Assembly: GCA_964510945.1 (NCBI GenBank) | Contig: CAZEED010000001.1 | Location: 164,577 to 228,576 of the forward strand | Direction: 5' to 3' | From: an uncultured Candidatus Saccharibacteria bacterium | Lineage (GTDB): Bacteria; Patescibacteriota; Saccharimonadia; Saccharimonadales; JAGQNJ01 | DNA: 64,000 nt | In this document: one piece after another, positions 43,889 through 55,397 of the stretch | Layout of the letters: every line of letters begins with the position of its first letter | Numbering within the stretch: position 1 is the first letter of the stretch | Program-made: the position numbers and the translations under genes | Notes under the pieces: generated by a model | The model's database searches: none | What the model saw: the letters and a program-made list of their open reading frames with translations, nothing else | Told to the model about the DNA's origin: nothing

Positions 43889-45148
43889 ATGTCTAAACCA
43901 ACAATAAGTAAAATCATCGCTAGAATGATCCTCGACTCTCGAGGTAACCCAACTGTTGAAGCCGAAGTAATCTTAAATACTGGGCACAAAGGGCGTGCTG
44001 CGGTGCCGTCTGGGGCTTCCACAGGGTCTCATGAAGCAATTGAGCTTCGAGATGGCGGATCAAAATATGGGGGTTTGGGTGTAGAACATGCGGTTAACAA
44101 TATTACAGAGAAGATCGCCCCTAGCCTAATAGGCAAGAACCCAAATGATCAACAGGTGATCGATAAAGGATTAATTGATCTGGATGGGACCAATAATAAG
44201 TCGAATCTGGGGGCTAATGCTATTCTTGCTATATCTTTGTCGGTCGCTAAAGCCTCTGCGGATCACCAAGGCCAAGCATTTTATCAATATGTTGCGAACC
44301 TCGCCGATAATAAAGAGCCTGCAAAAGTTCCGACGCCAATGGTTAATGTAATCAACGGCGGTAAACACGCCAGCGGAGCATCGGACTTTCAAGAATATAT
44401 GATCGTACCTAAAGGCATCAGTAGCTACACTGATCAAATCAGAGCCTGTAGCGAAATATTTCATGCCCTAAAACAAGAGATTGCAAATCTTGGCCTCCAA
44501 ACAACAGTAGGCGATGAAGGAGGCTTTGCGCCAATCCTGAGCGGTGGTAATAAACAAGTCTTTGATCTACTGATTAGTGCTATTGATCGATCAAAATATA
44601 GGCCTAATAGTGATGTCTTTTTAGCGCTTGACATTGCCTCCAGCGAATTTTATGTCGACGGCAAGTATAAGCTATCGTCCGAAGATCGTATTCTAACTGC
44701 AGACGAGCTTTCTAGTTATTACAAACAACTTTTAGTTGAATACCCGATTTTTTCAATCGAAGATCCATTCTCTGAGAATGACTTTGATGCCTGGGAAAAA
44801 TTTACTGCAAACTTCGGTGATAAATTACAGATTGTTGGTGATGATCTACTAGTCACAAACCCTGGATTTATAAGTGATGCGGTTAGCGCCAATCGTGCAA
44901 ACTCGCTACTCGTTAAACCAAATCAAATCGGTACACTTACCGAAACTATCGAGGCTGTAAACCTAGCTAAAAAAACTGGATGGACGACTATCATGTCACA
45001 CCGATCTGGCGAGACCGAAGATACCTCAATTGCGCATATCGCCGTTGGACTAGGCACGGATTATATAAAATCAGGCTCGATGAGTAGGAGCGAAAGATTA
45101 GTCAAATATAACGAATTACTACGGATCAATGAAACTCTGGCAAAATAA
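43889..45148 (+). CDS. eno: enolase
   Basis: ILDSRGNPTVEAEV, SHRSGETED and KPNQIGT. Confidence 0.97.
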   Translation: MSKPTISKIIARMILDSRGNPTVEAEVILNTGHKGRAAVPSGASTGSHEAIELRDGGSKYGGLGVEHAVNNITEKIAPSLIGKNPNDQQVIDKGLIDLDGTNNKSNLGANAILAISLSVAKASADHQGQAFYQYVANLADNKEPAKVPTPMVNVINGGKHASGASDFQEYMIVPKGISSYTDQIRACSEIFHALKQEIANLGLQTTVGDEGGFAPILSGGNKQVFDLLISAIDRSKYRPNSDVFLALDIASSEFYVDGKYKLSSEDRILTADELSSYYKQLLVEYPIFSIEDPFSENDFDAWEKFTANFGDKLQIVGDDLLVTNPGFISDAVSANRANSLLVKPNQIGTLTETIEAVNLAKKTGWTTIMSHRSGETEDTSIAHIAVGLGTDYIKSGSMSRSERLVKYNELLRINETLAK

Positions 45149-45800
45149 TCAAAGATCAAAACTAGTCAGAGCCTCGAATATTCAATCTAGAGGATTCACC
45201 ATAATCGAACTTCTGATCGTAATTGTAATTATCGGGATTCTTGCGACTTTAACTTTTGTCGTCTATAAGAATATCACCGGTAAAGCTCAGGCCACTGTGA
45301 CTAAAAATATCGTCCAACAATACACTAGAGCCCTTGCCGGCTATAAAGCCGAGCACGACGCTTATCCAAATTTTGATAATTTTATGCAGACAGAATCAAA
45401 AGCTGGGGTTTGTCTTGGCACCGGTTATGAAGGAAATGGTTGCGGATCGAACTTTGCCTTCGGTGGAGAAAGTGCTGACTTTAATGAAGAGATGAGATCC
45501 TATATCGGGAATGTACCTGATATTCGACCCCACACTTCGTCGTACCACTTTAGCGAATTAAACATAACCCTAACAGGTATACTCCTACAACATTTAGGTG
45601 ATGACAGTCAAACATTGAACGGACAGCCGGTCGATGCCTACGCTATTACTTACGCCCTAGACGAACCCGATGCACAGTGCATTGGTGGTGAGGTTATGCA
45701 GGTAGGCTCTATCCCAGGGACAAACTACATCACGGGAAATTTTAAGAACACCTTGACGGACGGCAAAAACACAGGATGTTTTGTACTGCTACCGGAATAG
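45129..45800 (+). CDS. type IV pilin-like (prepilin-type N-terminal cleavage/methylation) protein
   Basis: SRGFTIIELLIVIVIIGILA class III signal motif. The C-terminus is variable. Confidence 0.8.
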   Translation: MKLWQNNQRSKLVRASNIQSRGFTIIELLIVIVIIGILATLTFVVYKNITGKAQATVTKNIVQQYTRALAGYKAEHDAYPNFDNFMQTESKAGVCLGTGYEGNGCGSNFAFGGESADFNEEMRSYIGNVPDIRPHTSSYHFSELNITLTGILLQHLGDDSQTLNGQPVDAYAITYALDEPDAQCIGGEVMQVGSIPGTNYITGNFKNTLTDGKNTGCFVLLPE

Positions 45801-45841
45801 ATGTAAAGCTTTGGTATAACAGTTTGCTATAATCTAAATTG

Positions 45842-46447
45842 ATGAAAAAAATATTAAAAATGACCTTAAAACAAGTGCTACCTTATATGTTGATTATTTT
45901 TGGCACAATCGGGCTTATTGCCGCTTTTGTTCTGACCATGGAAAAAATGAGTTTACTAGCTAACCCTAATTACCAACCTAGCTGTAACCTAAACCCAGTT
46001 CTAAGTTGTGGGTCGATTATCCGTACAAAACAAGCATCAGCTTTTGGCTTCCCCAACCCCTTTATTGGGCTGGCAGGCTACGCTGTCGTAATTACCATCG
46101 GTATGGGAATACTTGCTGGTGCAACCTATAAAAAATGGTTTTGGAAAGGGCTAAATCTAGGAGCACTATTTGGCTTTTTATTCATCCATTGGTTATTTTA
46201 TGAAAGCCTCTATGATATCGGTGCGCTGTGTATTTACTGCATAATTGTCTGGAGTATTACAGCACCTCTATTTTGGTACACAACACTATACAATCTGAGG
46301 GAAGGCAACTTAGCAACCCCAAAAAAGCTAAAATCGGCTGTCCAATTCGCGAACAAACACCATCTAGATATTTTGATAACGTGGTACTTGCTAATATTCT
46401 TAGCGATTGTTACTAGATTTTGGTATTACTGGAAAACTATAATTTAG
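45842..46447 (+). CDS. vitamin K epoxide reductase (VKOR) family membrane protein
   Basis: Loop cysteines SCNLNPVLSCGS and the CIYC redox motif in a TM helix. Confidence 0.8.
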   Translation: MKKILKMTLKQVLPYMLIIFGTIGLIAAFVLTMEKMSLLANPNYQPSCNLNPVLSCGSIIRTKQASAFGFPNPFIGLAGYAVVITIGMGILAGATYKKWFWKGLNLGALFGFLFIHWLFYESLYDIGALCIYCIIVWSITAPLFWYTTLYNLREGNLATPKKLKSAVQFANKHHLDILITWYLLIFLAIVTRFWYYWKTII

Positions 46448-46451
46448 TATT

Positions 46452-46943
46452 TTATTTTTTAGCAGCAACTTTTTTAGAGCCTTTAAAGTATTCTCGAACC
46501 TGAAAGATAAAGTATAGACTTACTATTGTTCCGATTAGATTCCAGAATAGATTAAATATTGCACCAGCGCCGATGTATGAGAGTGCATAAAGCACACTGT
46601 AGGCAAACCAAGCTAGCTCACTATAAAAAATCAAATCCCAACCACCGGCTTGTTTATTCTTTAGTTTTGGAACTGCCATACCGAGTACAACTAAATAAGC
46701 TATTAGTGCAAAAAGCGAAATCCAAGCAAAAAATACATATTGTGTCGCACCAACGGCTACGCTAACCGACGATACTAATCCAAGTACCGCGAGTAGTCCC
46801 AATGCGCCAAAGACACCCAAGACTAGACCAACTAGCGCAAATATCCAAGCGTACTCTGCAATCCACTTTCGAACACCCTCGGGTAACTGAAAAGGTGCGT
46901 TTTTTACTAACATCTCGTTTAATTTAGTTTCTAGATTCTGCAT
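46452..46943 (-). CDS. hypothetical membrane protein
   Basis: 163 aa with about 4 TM segments. Confidence 0.6.
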   Translation of the reverse strand: MQNLETKLNEMLVKNAPFQLPEGVRKWIAEYAWIFALVGLVLGVFGALGLLAVLGLVSSVSVAVGATQYVFFAWISLFALIAYLVVLGMAVPKLKNKQAGGWDLIFYSELAWFAYSVLYALSYIGAGAIFNLFWNLIGTIVSLYFIFQVREYFKGSKKVAAKK

Positions 46944-47044
46944 TTTATCCTCCGATTTTTTATATTACTTAGCTACATTTATACTCGGATTGATAAGATA
47001 TTACAACATACTCAAACTGTTATCGGGGTACAATATAACGAGAC

Positions 47045-50000
47045 ATGGATGAGTATCAAGAGCAGTTAAAATCCCTAAACCCCGAGCAACTATCAGCCGT
47101 CAAACAGACAGAAGGACCGGTACTAGTTATCGCCGGTCCGGGAACAGGCAAGACACAGCTACTCAGTACCAGAGCAGCGTATATTTTGCAAAATACTGAC
47201 GCAGAGCCCCACAACATTTTGTGTTTGACCTATACCGAATCAGGCGAGTTTGCCATGCGACAACGACTGGTAAATATTATCGGGCAGAAAGCCTACAACA
47301 TCACCATCAGCACTTACCATGGTTTTGGTAGAGAATTAATCAGTCGCTTCCCAGAACATTTTTCTGATTCTAACGATTTAGTGGCGGTTGATGATCTAGG
47401 GATTAATGCAATAATTTCGCAAATAATTGCCGAACTACCTTACGATGACCCGCTAAAAAAGAGTGGTTTTTATATTAAAGATGTCATCAGTGCGATTGGT
47501 GATTTTAAAAAAGCCTTATTAAAACCTGATGATGTTTTAAACATTGCAAAGTCAAACGCCGATTTTATCAATAAAGCCTCAGACGTCACCAAAGAAGTCT
47601 TAGCATCAGTTAAACGAATAGACAAAAAGTCACTCTCTGCATTCAAAGCCCTATATGAACAGTCAAAAGATTTAAACAAAGCTAATAAACTGTCAGGAAG
47701 TACTGATTTAGCAAGTTTATACAAAGCAGAACTTCAGGACGCAATACAAAACGCTGAAGAACTAAATAAAACAGCACCCCTAACAAAGTGGAAGAATAAT
47801 TGGCTAGAACGTGACGAAGATGGCTTGTTTGTGATAGCTGGGTACAATTCGGCGGACAAACTCTCGTCACTGGCTGAAATTTACCGTAACTATTTAGGTG
47901 AGCTTGAAAAACAAGGGTTATTTGACTATGACGACATGATCTTGCGGGCTATCGAGGGGCTAAAGACTAATAAAGCTCTACGTTTCTCGCTACAAGAACA
48001 ATACCTATATGTAATGTTGGACGAGTTTCAAGATACGAACGGGGCTCAGCTAGAGCTAATAAAGCTACTCACCGATAGTCCAATCTATGAAGGCACACCA
48101 AATGTTTTGGCCGTCGGTGATGACGACCAAGCTATCTACAGCTTTCAGGGAGCAGATTATTCACATATGGCCACCTTCAAACAACTCTATAAAAACACTC
48201 GAGTTATTTGTCTAACGAAGAATTATCGCTCGCATGCTGACGTACTAGAGACAGCGCACAACATCAGCTCTCAAATCGAAACTAGGCTCCATAATGACAT
48301 GAAAGACGTCAACAAGTTACTAACAGCAGAAAGCAAGAACTTGCCGAAGGATGCAGAGATACAAAGGCACGAGTTTAAAAGTGACATTGCACAATTTGCT
48401 TGGGTGACAAAGCAAATCCAAAGTTTAATAAAATCCGGAGTTAACCCAAAAGAGATTGCCGTATTAGCGCCAAAGCACAAATTTCTAGAGCCAATATTGC
48501 CATACCTAGCTAAAGCCAAAATTCCTGTCCGCTATGAAAAACGTGAAGACATTTTGTGCGACCCAAAAATCGTACAAATTATTCGAATGAGCCAACTTGT
48601 CCTAGCTATCCGTGATAACAATACGGATGTTGCCAGCAGTCTCTGGCCAGAGATCCTAAGCTATGATTTTTGGCAAATAGACCCCGAAGATATCTGGAAG
48701 CTCTCATGGCAGTCAAGTGACACTCACCAGTCTTGGACGCCATTAATAATGAAGTTGCCAGAGTTTAAAACTATCGGTCTATTCTTTGTACGGCTAGCAA
48801 ACATTTGCGCCATCGAAACGCTCGAGTCAGTTCTAGACTACCTAACTGGTACGGCGAAAATATCATTGAATGCCGAAGACAAGAATGAATACGTTAGCCC
48901 TTATTTTGAATATAATTTTGGAGAGCAAGCAAAAACTGATAATCGTCAAGATTTTTGGGATTTGTTGTCGAATCTGACCGTTCTACGGCAACATCTTCGC
49001 GATCACCGCGGAGTTAACAAAAATCAACTATATTTGACCGATTTGATTGACTTTGTCAACAAACACATCACTGCTGAAATAAAGATACTTAACACCAGTC
49101 CTTATCACGAACAATCAGATTCTGTCCAGATTATGAGTGCCTACAAATCAAAGGGATTGGAATTCGAAGCAGTATTTATGCTGGCTTGTATTGATGAAGT
49201 GTGGGGTAGTAAAGCCAGATCGCAATCATCAAAGATTCCGCTACCGAAAAACCTTGCTCATATTAGGTACACCGGGGCAACGGATGACGAAAAACTACGC
49301 CTATTATTTGTTGCCATGACCAGAGCCAAACATCAACTGTATCTAACTAGCTACGCCAATAATTACTCTAACCGACCCTCGTCGAGGATTAAATACTTCA
49401 ACGAAATCGAGACCGACAGCGAAGTTATCAGTAAGATATTACCAACAGCTCATCAAAACATCAGGCGAACTAATGCAGAAGAGCCGACTATCGAAGATCT
49501 TTCGTCTTATTGGGCTGATACTCATCAAAAACTAGCCCATGATTTACGTTTTAAAGATTTGTTAACACCGAGGCTAGAGAGATTCCAACTATCACCAACA
49601 AATCTAAATGCCTTTACTGACGTTGAATACGCCGGGCCTAACTACTTCTTTACAAATACTCTGTTGAAATTTCCATCCGCGCCAACACCTGCAGGCGAAT
49701 TTGGTAATGTAATCCATGAAGTTATCGAATGGATGCATATCCAGCAGGTTAACTCAAAAAAAGTTCCATCAATAGATAAAATACTAGATAGATTCAAAAC
49801 ATCCTTATCACAAAAAAACATTAGTAAAACTGACTACGATTTACTAACGACTCGCGGAGTAAAATGCCTAACCCAATACTTATCGCAAAAAATAGGCGAA
49901 TTCAAGCCAGAAGATATCCATGAGTTCAACTTTAAAAAAGAAGGGGTTTTGCTTGGGCCCGCGCATCTAACTGGCAAAATCGATAAAATGATTGTCGACA

Positions 50001-50374
50001 AAGATAACCACACTATTAGCATTGTTGATTTTAAAACCGGCAAGTCATTTAACGATTGGAAGTCTAATGAAGTTAAGTTGCACAAATACAAACAACAATT
50101 GTACCTATACAAACTACTAGTCGAAGGTTCTTACACGTTCTCGGAATACTCTGTAACTGATGCATATTTACAATTCGTGGAGCCAAATGCCAAAGGCAAA
50201 ATCGTTGACCTGCATGTTGACTTTGATTCTGTAGAGTTAAAGCGAACAAGAGACCTAGCAATAGCCGTCTGGAATCATGTACAGGCCCTCAGCCTGCCAA
50301 ATATTGATAATTACGATAAGAGTCTAAAAGGCGTCATAGAATTCGAAAACGACCTAATAAAAAACTCCCCCTAG
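47045..50374 (+). CDS. UvrD/PcrA-family helicase fused to a C-terminal PD-(D/E)xK nuclease (AddA/RecB-like)
   Basis: Walker A AGPGTGKTQ and DEFQDTN. C-terminal GKIDKM...IVDFKTGKS and QLYLYKLL nuclease motifs. Confidence 0.85.
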   Translation: MDEYQEQLKSLNPEQLSAVKQTEGPVLVIAGPGTGKTQLLSTRAAYILQNTDAEPHNILCLTYTESGEFAMRQRLVNIIGQKAYNITISTYHGFGRELISRFPEHFSDSNDLVAVDDLGINAIISQIIAELPYDDPLKKSGFYIKDVISAIGDFKKALLKPDDVLNIAKSNADFINKASDVTKEVLASVKRIDKKSLSAFKALYEQSKDLNKANKLSGSTDLASLYKAELQDAIQNAEELNKTAPLTKWKNNWLERDEDGLFVIAGYNSADKLSSLAEIYRNYLGELEKQGLFDYDDMILRAIEGLKTNKALRFSLQEQYLYVMLDEFQDTNGAQLELIKLLTDSPIYEGTPNVLAVGDDDQAIYSFQGADYSHMATFKQLYKNTRVICLTKNYRSHADVLETAHNISSQIETRLHNDMKDVNKLLTAESKNLPKDAEIQRHEFKSDIAQFAWVTKQIQSLIKSGVNPKEIAVLAPKHKFLEPILPYLAKAKIPVRYEKREDILCDPKIVQIIRMSQLVLAIRDNNTDVASSLWPEILSYDFWQIDPEDIWKLSWQSSDTHQSWTPLIMKLPEFKTIGLFFVRLANICAIETLESVLDYLTGTAKISLNAEDKNEYVSPYFEYNFGEQAKTDNRQDFWDLLSNLTVLRQHLRDHRGVNKNQLYLTDLIDFVNKHITAEIKILNTSPYHEQSDSVQIMSAYKSKGLEFEAVFMLACIDEVWGSKARSQSSKIPLPKNLAHIRYTGATDDEKLRLLFVAMTRAKHQLYLTSYANNYSNRPSSRIKYFNEIETDSEVISKILPTAHQNIRRTNAEEPTIEDLSSYWADTHQKLAHDLRFKDLLTPRLERFQLSPTNLNAFTDVEYAGPNYFFTNTLLKFPSAPTPAGEFGNVIHEVIEWMHIQQVNSKKVPSIDKILDRFKTSLSQKNISKTDYDLLTTRGVKCLTQYLSQKIGEFKPEDIHEFNFKKEGVLLGPAHLTGKIDKMIVDKDNHTISIVDFKTGKSFNDWKSNEVKLHKYKQQLYLYKLLVEGSYTFSEYSVTDAYLQFVEPNAKGKIVDLHVDFDSVELKRTRDLAIAVWNHVQALSLPNIDNYDKSLKGVIEFENDLIKNSP

Positions 50375-50406
50375 AGCGGAGGAGTAATTTTTAGACTAAA
50401 GTTAAT

Positions 50407-51111
50407 CTATTTCTTTTTCTTAGATTTTGCTTTTGATTTACTACTAGTGGTAGCTGATTTCTTTTTAGGTGAAACAAGCGCTTTAATACTGCCTTCTGGC
50501 GCAAACAATAGCACATAAAGGTTCATTCCAAGGATTGCTCCAATGATTGGCCCGATTACGTAAGCCTTATCCCATGACTGAACACCAAGAGCTGCAGCAG
50601 GGTTCAGGATTCCGTTAGAAGCAACACCTGATAGTAAGATTCCTAGGAATAATGATCCACCAATTGTAGCTGCTAACTTTCCGCCTTCATATTTGTGAAA
50701 CACTGCTGATGCAATACCGAAGGTAAATACAAATGTACCCAAGATTTCTGCGACTAATACCTTCCAATCAAACTGCGCAGGTGCGATACTTTGTACGCCT
50801 TGAGTCACTAGATATTCGTACAGTTTAAACGTGGCGACTGCACCAATAAACTGTGCTGCAATGTAGAGAACTGCGTCAAGTGACTTGATTTTTCGAACAG
50901 TCCAAAGACCAATTGTGACGGCTGGGTTAACATGTGCGCCTGAGATCTGACCAATAGTCATAACAAGCACTGCAAGTGTTGCGCCAACCCCAATGGCTAC
51001 AAAGTAGGGAACACCTACTGCAGATCGTGACACTGCTAAAATACTAAATGTTAAAATTGCTGTTCCGAAAAATTCGGCAACATAAGCTGTAATTTGCTTC
51101 TTTGATAGCAT
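50407..51111 (-). CDS. aquaporin/MIP family channel
   Basis: Two NPA motifs (HVNPAVT, ILNPAAA), six TM segments and a Lys/Ser-rich tail. Confidence 0.9.
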   Translation of the reverse strand: MLSKKQITAYVAEFFGTAILTFSILAVSRSAVGVPYFVAIGVGATLAVLVMTIGQISGAHVNPAVTIGLWTVRKIKSLDAVLYIAAQFIGAVATFKLYEYLVTQGVQSIAPAQFDWKVLVAEILGTFVFTFGIASAVFHKYEGGKLAATIGGSLFLGILLSGVASNGILNPAAALGVQSWDKAYVIGPIIGAILGMNLYVLLFAPEGSIKALVSPKKKSATTSSKSKAKSKKKK

Positions 51112-51195
51112 AGAACTTTTACTCCCTCTTTTAATTTACGTTAAAACAATCATACCACTTTGGTGATAGTCCATCAAATAATCTCTTTCAATATC

Positions 51196-52197
51196 CTAGG
51201 CTGGCATGCGAAGAACAAATCGTTGAGTGCCGTCTGTAAGAGACATCAATGTTGCAACCGTACTCATAACACGTGCCATAATAAAGCGTTTTCTATCGGC
51301 CCCTTGATCGGGTCTAGGCAAAATCTTGTCGGCCATCTCTACGGACCGCCAAAGATCATACCCAAATGCTTGGATTCCTTCGTATTCTTCTGCAAACCTA
51401 TTCGATGAAAAAGTACTATTAGGTACCATATTAACAACTACTAAACACTCTTGGTGATCACCCTTAAGGGTAGAAATACTTTTTTTTGATTTCTTTTCTA
51501 AGATGTCTATTATTTTTTCTCGATCCCTAAAGTAATCTTCTGAATTACCCCGAAGAACAAGAGCAGCGCCCATCACACGCAAGTACGTGTCGCGATCAAA
51601 CAGCGGCCCCAGTATTTGTTTTACTATTCTCTTGTGGTCATCTACTAGGTCAAAGTCCGTCATTGTGGCCAAGATCACATCCATACCGTCTATGGCCCCA
51701 CAGCCAGCTTTAGTCGCGCCTAAACTATGTTCATCACGATGTCCTCCAGGGGCGAACCCAATTCTTTCAAAATTATCTATCATCGCCTGAGCATCAACGA
51801 GAAAAGTACCGCGAGTTAGGTCATCTTTATCGACACCCAATCTATATGCTAACGCAGCGCCTGGCGCACCTCCTGGCACTTGAGGTCCTAAATGATTTTC
51901 ATCCAGTTCAGGATCATGACGACCGTCAATACAACGGGTTTTTGCCTTATTATTTACTTTTACATAAAAACTATTTAAGTGTTTTACTGCATCGTCTATC
52001 TTTGAAAGATCGATAACTTTCTTATCAGAAAGTCGTTTAACCGAGACAAGTCCATCCCACTTCAAATTCGTTATAGTGCCACAATCAACTATGTTGGCAT
52101 TATTCTGTTCTTCATAGTTACGGTCTATCAAAACCGTTTGATTAGTTTGCTGTCTGGATGCATCTCTTAAGTTCTTGGATTTAGGAATTTTAGCCAT
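51196..52197 (-). CDS. hypothetical protein with CIDGRH ... GGHRDEH ... GCGAIDG motifs
   Basis: 333-aa ORF 28 nt downstream of the 52226-53029 ORF. The Cys/His/Asp-rich motifs suggest a metal site. Family not recognised. Confidence 0.55.
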   Translation of the reverse strand: MAKIPKSKNLRDASRQQTNQTVLIDRNYEEQNNANIVDCGTITNLKWDGLVSVKRLSDKKVIDLSKIDDAVKHLNSFYVKVNNKAKTRCIDGRHDPELDENHLGPQVPGGAPGAALAYRLGVDKDDLTRGTFLVDAQAMIDNFERIGFAPGGHRDEHSLGATKAGCGAIDGMDVILATMTDFDLVDDHKRIVKQILGPLFDRDTYLRVMGAALVLRGNSEDYFRDREKIIDILEKKSKKSISTLKGDHQECLVVVNMVPNSTFSSNRFAEEYEGIQAFGYDLWRSVEMADKILPRPDQGADRKRFIMARVMSTVATLMSLTDGTQRFVLRMPA

Positions 52198-52225
52198 AAT
52201 TTTAGATCAACCGATTAATACTATC

Positions 52226-53029
52226 TTACTCTGTTACTTGAGTATTTAAGTGACTGTGTATCCAATCTTCGACGTTGTTAACTAATTCTCGAGGAGTAAA
52301 TCGTTGATCTACTGTCGCAAGATCAACAGCTTTAGGTGTGACGTAAGCTGCTGCGGTTCCGTCAGACCCAACTGGAAAAATTAGTTTTGGCCCACCAAAA
52401 CTTCCCAAAGCTCTTGAAGATTCTTCATCCAATTCTTTTCCCTTTCGCTTAAAATACTCTTGCCTAACAATCGCTGCCGTATCTGCAGCAATTCTTGTTG
52501 CACTTGCAGTTGCTCGATCTCTTCCCGCAACCTGCCTCTCGCCAGTAAGTGCCCCAACAATCGCCAAACCACCACAATTCCGATGCAAACCAGCAACTAA
52601 GGTCTCGTTAAAAATCCTTGGTACAATCCATTCTTGCATCGTACCAGTTAAATCGAACCAACTTAATCCACCTGGTAGTTTAATCTCAGAATCAGGTGAA
52701 AAATTTAATTCCTCAAGTTGTCTGTCTGTGTATTTGTCGACGCATCTAATTAATCCCATAGCCGTAGGGTCCGCCAGCAGTTCAGGTGTAACATTTTCAA
52801 ACGATTCTTCAAAGGCGGCTTGAATTCCGTCGAAATACGCCCTAGCTTCAGGTGGTTCTCGACGATCTCGGACCATCCGAACCTTCATTCGATAGTAATT
52901 AGCTCTATCCTCTGTACCTGCAATCGTTAAATCGGTTGCGCAAAACTCCCCGATAGTCATTGGCATATAAACACCTGCAGGTGGCGTCGCTCCTAACGGC
53001 GCTAAAGTATCATCATGAATTTCTGACAT
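52226..53029 (-). CDS. hypothetical acidic protein
   Basis: 267-aa ORF with a GGAG RBS and its own promoter-like sequence at 53066-53094. Confidence 0.55.
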   Translation of the reverse strand: MSEIHDDTLAPLGATPPAGVYMPMTIGEFCATDLTIAGTEDRANYYRMKVRMVRDRREPPEARAYFDGIQAAFEESFENVTPELLADPTAMGLIRCVDKYTDRQLEELNFSPDSEIKLPGGLSWFDLTGTMQEWIVPRIFNETLVAGLHRNCGGLAIVGALTGERQVAGRDRATASATRIAADTAAIVRQEYFKRKGKELDEESSRALGSFGGPKLIFPVGSDGTAAAYVTPKAVDLATVDQRFTPRELVNNVEDWIHSHLNTQVTE

Positions 53030-53065
53030 AGTTTCTCCATATATAGATTAATTTTACAAATGCAT

Positions 53066-53094
53066 AATATATCACATATACGATGTGAAATCAA
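53066..53094 (-). promoter_or_regulatory. putative promoter for the 53029 ORF
   Basis: Minus strand reads TTGATT (53094-53089), 17 nt, TATATT (53071-53066). Confidence 0.4.
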
Positions 53095-53110
53095 TCACTT
53101 TTTCAGAGGT

Positions 53111-53542
53111 CTATCGCCGAGTTTTTCGGCGACGTTTTAATTCGGCGACGCGTAGGCGTACTTGGCTACGATCTATTAGATTCTGGGCGGTGTCTAGTGA
53201 TAACTGATCTTTAGCCTCCGCACGAAGTTTTCGGGCGTGTTCTATAGCTTTCTCGGCCTCGGCAGTGTTGATCTCGTCAGCATGGTCAGCCTCATCCGCT
53301 AACACTCTTACTTCGTTATTTAACACCTCAATAACTCCACCATTTGTAGCATAGTGTTCCATCATATCGTCAGGCTCGTTAGATTTGCGCCTAACACTAA
53401 TAACCCCTGGGCTAGCGATGCTAACCAGCGGCATATGGTCTTTAAAGACCGCGATTATGCCGTCCGGGGTAGGCAAGAGTACTTCGTAGGCCTCGTCAGC
53501 ATACTTAATGCCATCAAGCGTAACTAGCTGAAATGTTATCAT
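53111..53542 (-). CDS. atpC: F1 ATP synthase subunit epsilon
   Basis: 143 aa at the last position of the atp operon. N-terminal beta-sandwich-like sequence and a C-terminal helical region. Confidence 0.85.
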   Translation of the reverse strand: MITFQLVTLDGIKYADEAYEVLLPTPDGIIAVFKDHMPLVSIASPGVISVRRKSNEPDDMMEHYATNGGVIEVLNNEVRVLADEADHADEINTAEAEKAIEHARKLRAEAKDQLSLDTAQNLIDRSQVRLRVAELKRRRKTRR

Positions 53543-53588
53543 TCTTCTCCTCGAATGTGTGGCTCATGGCCGTTTAGTCCAACACCCA

Positions 53589-55007
<1,419 letters not shown>

Positions 55008-55028
55008 CTATTCTCCTTGCTTATGGTT

Positions 55029-55397
55029 CTAATAATCTATATCTCTTACGCGCTCTGGTAATCCTCTCTCTCTGTCATCTACCGTCTCTATTTTGGCAGC
55101 ATCGGACTCAAGTGATCTAGAATCCCACAGCGCCTCTAATGTCTCGCGGACACCGGATTCCTCCTCAATTTGTCTCAGGGCAGTATTAAACCCAACAGGG
55201 TCGATGGTACCCAATATACCCATTTGTCGCAATGCAAGAATGGTAAATGTTGCTCCGATTTCTCCGGCACGTTCTCCAAGCGTATACGCTTCAGTGAAAA
55301 GGACACCCTCTGCCTCTAATACGTGGGCTGTTTTAAAGCCAGCCTCTTGAGCAATGCCTTCATCATGCGGTAACCGTTCTGGGAAATCTATGCTCAT
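55029..55397 (-). CDS. hypothetical acidic protein between atpG and atpD
   Basis: Its ATG overlaps the atpG TGA (ATGA). 122 aa with 2 Lys and 10 Arg by my count. A 21-nt spacer with AAGGAG follows, before atpD. Confidence 0.65.
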   Translation of the reverse strand: MSIDFPERLPHDEGIAQEAGFKTAHVLEAEGVLFTEAYTLGERAGEIGATFTILALRQMGILGTIDPVGFNTALRQIEEESGVRETLEALWDSRSLESDAAKIETVDDRERGLPERVRDIDY

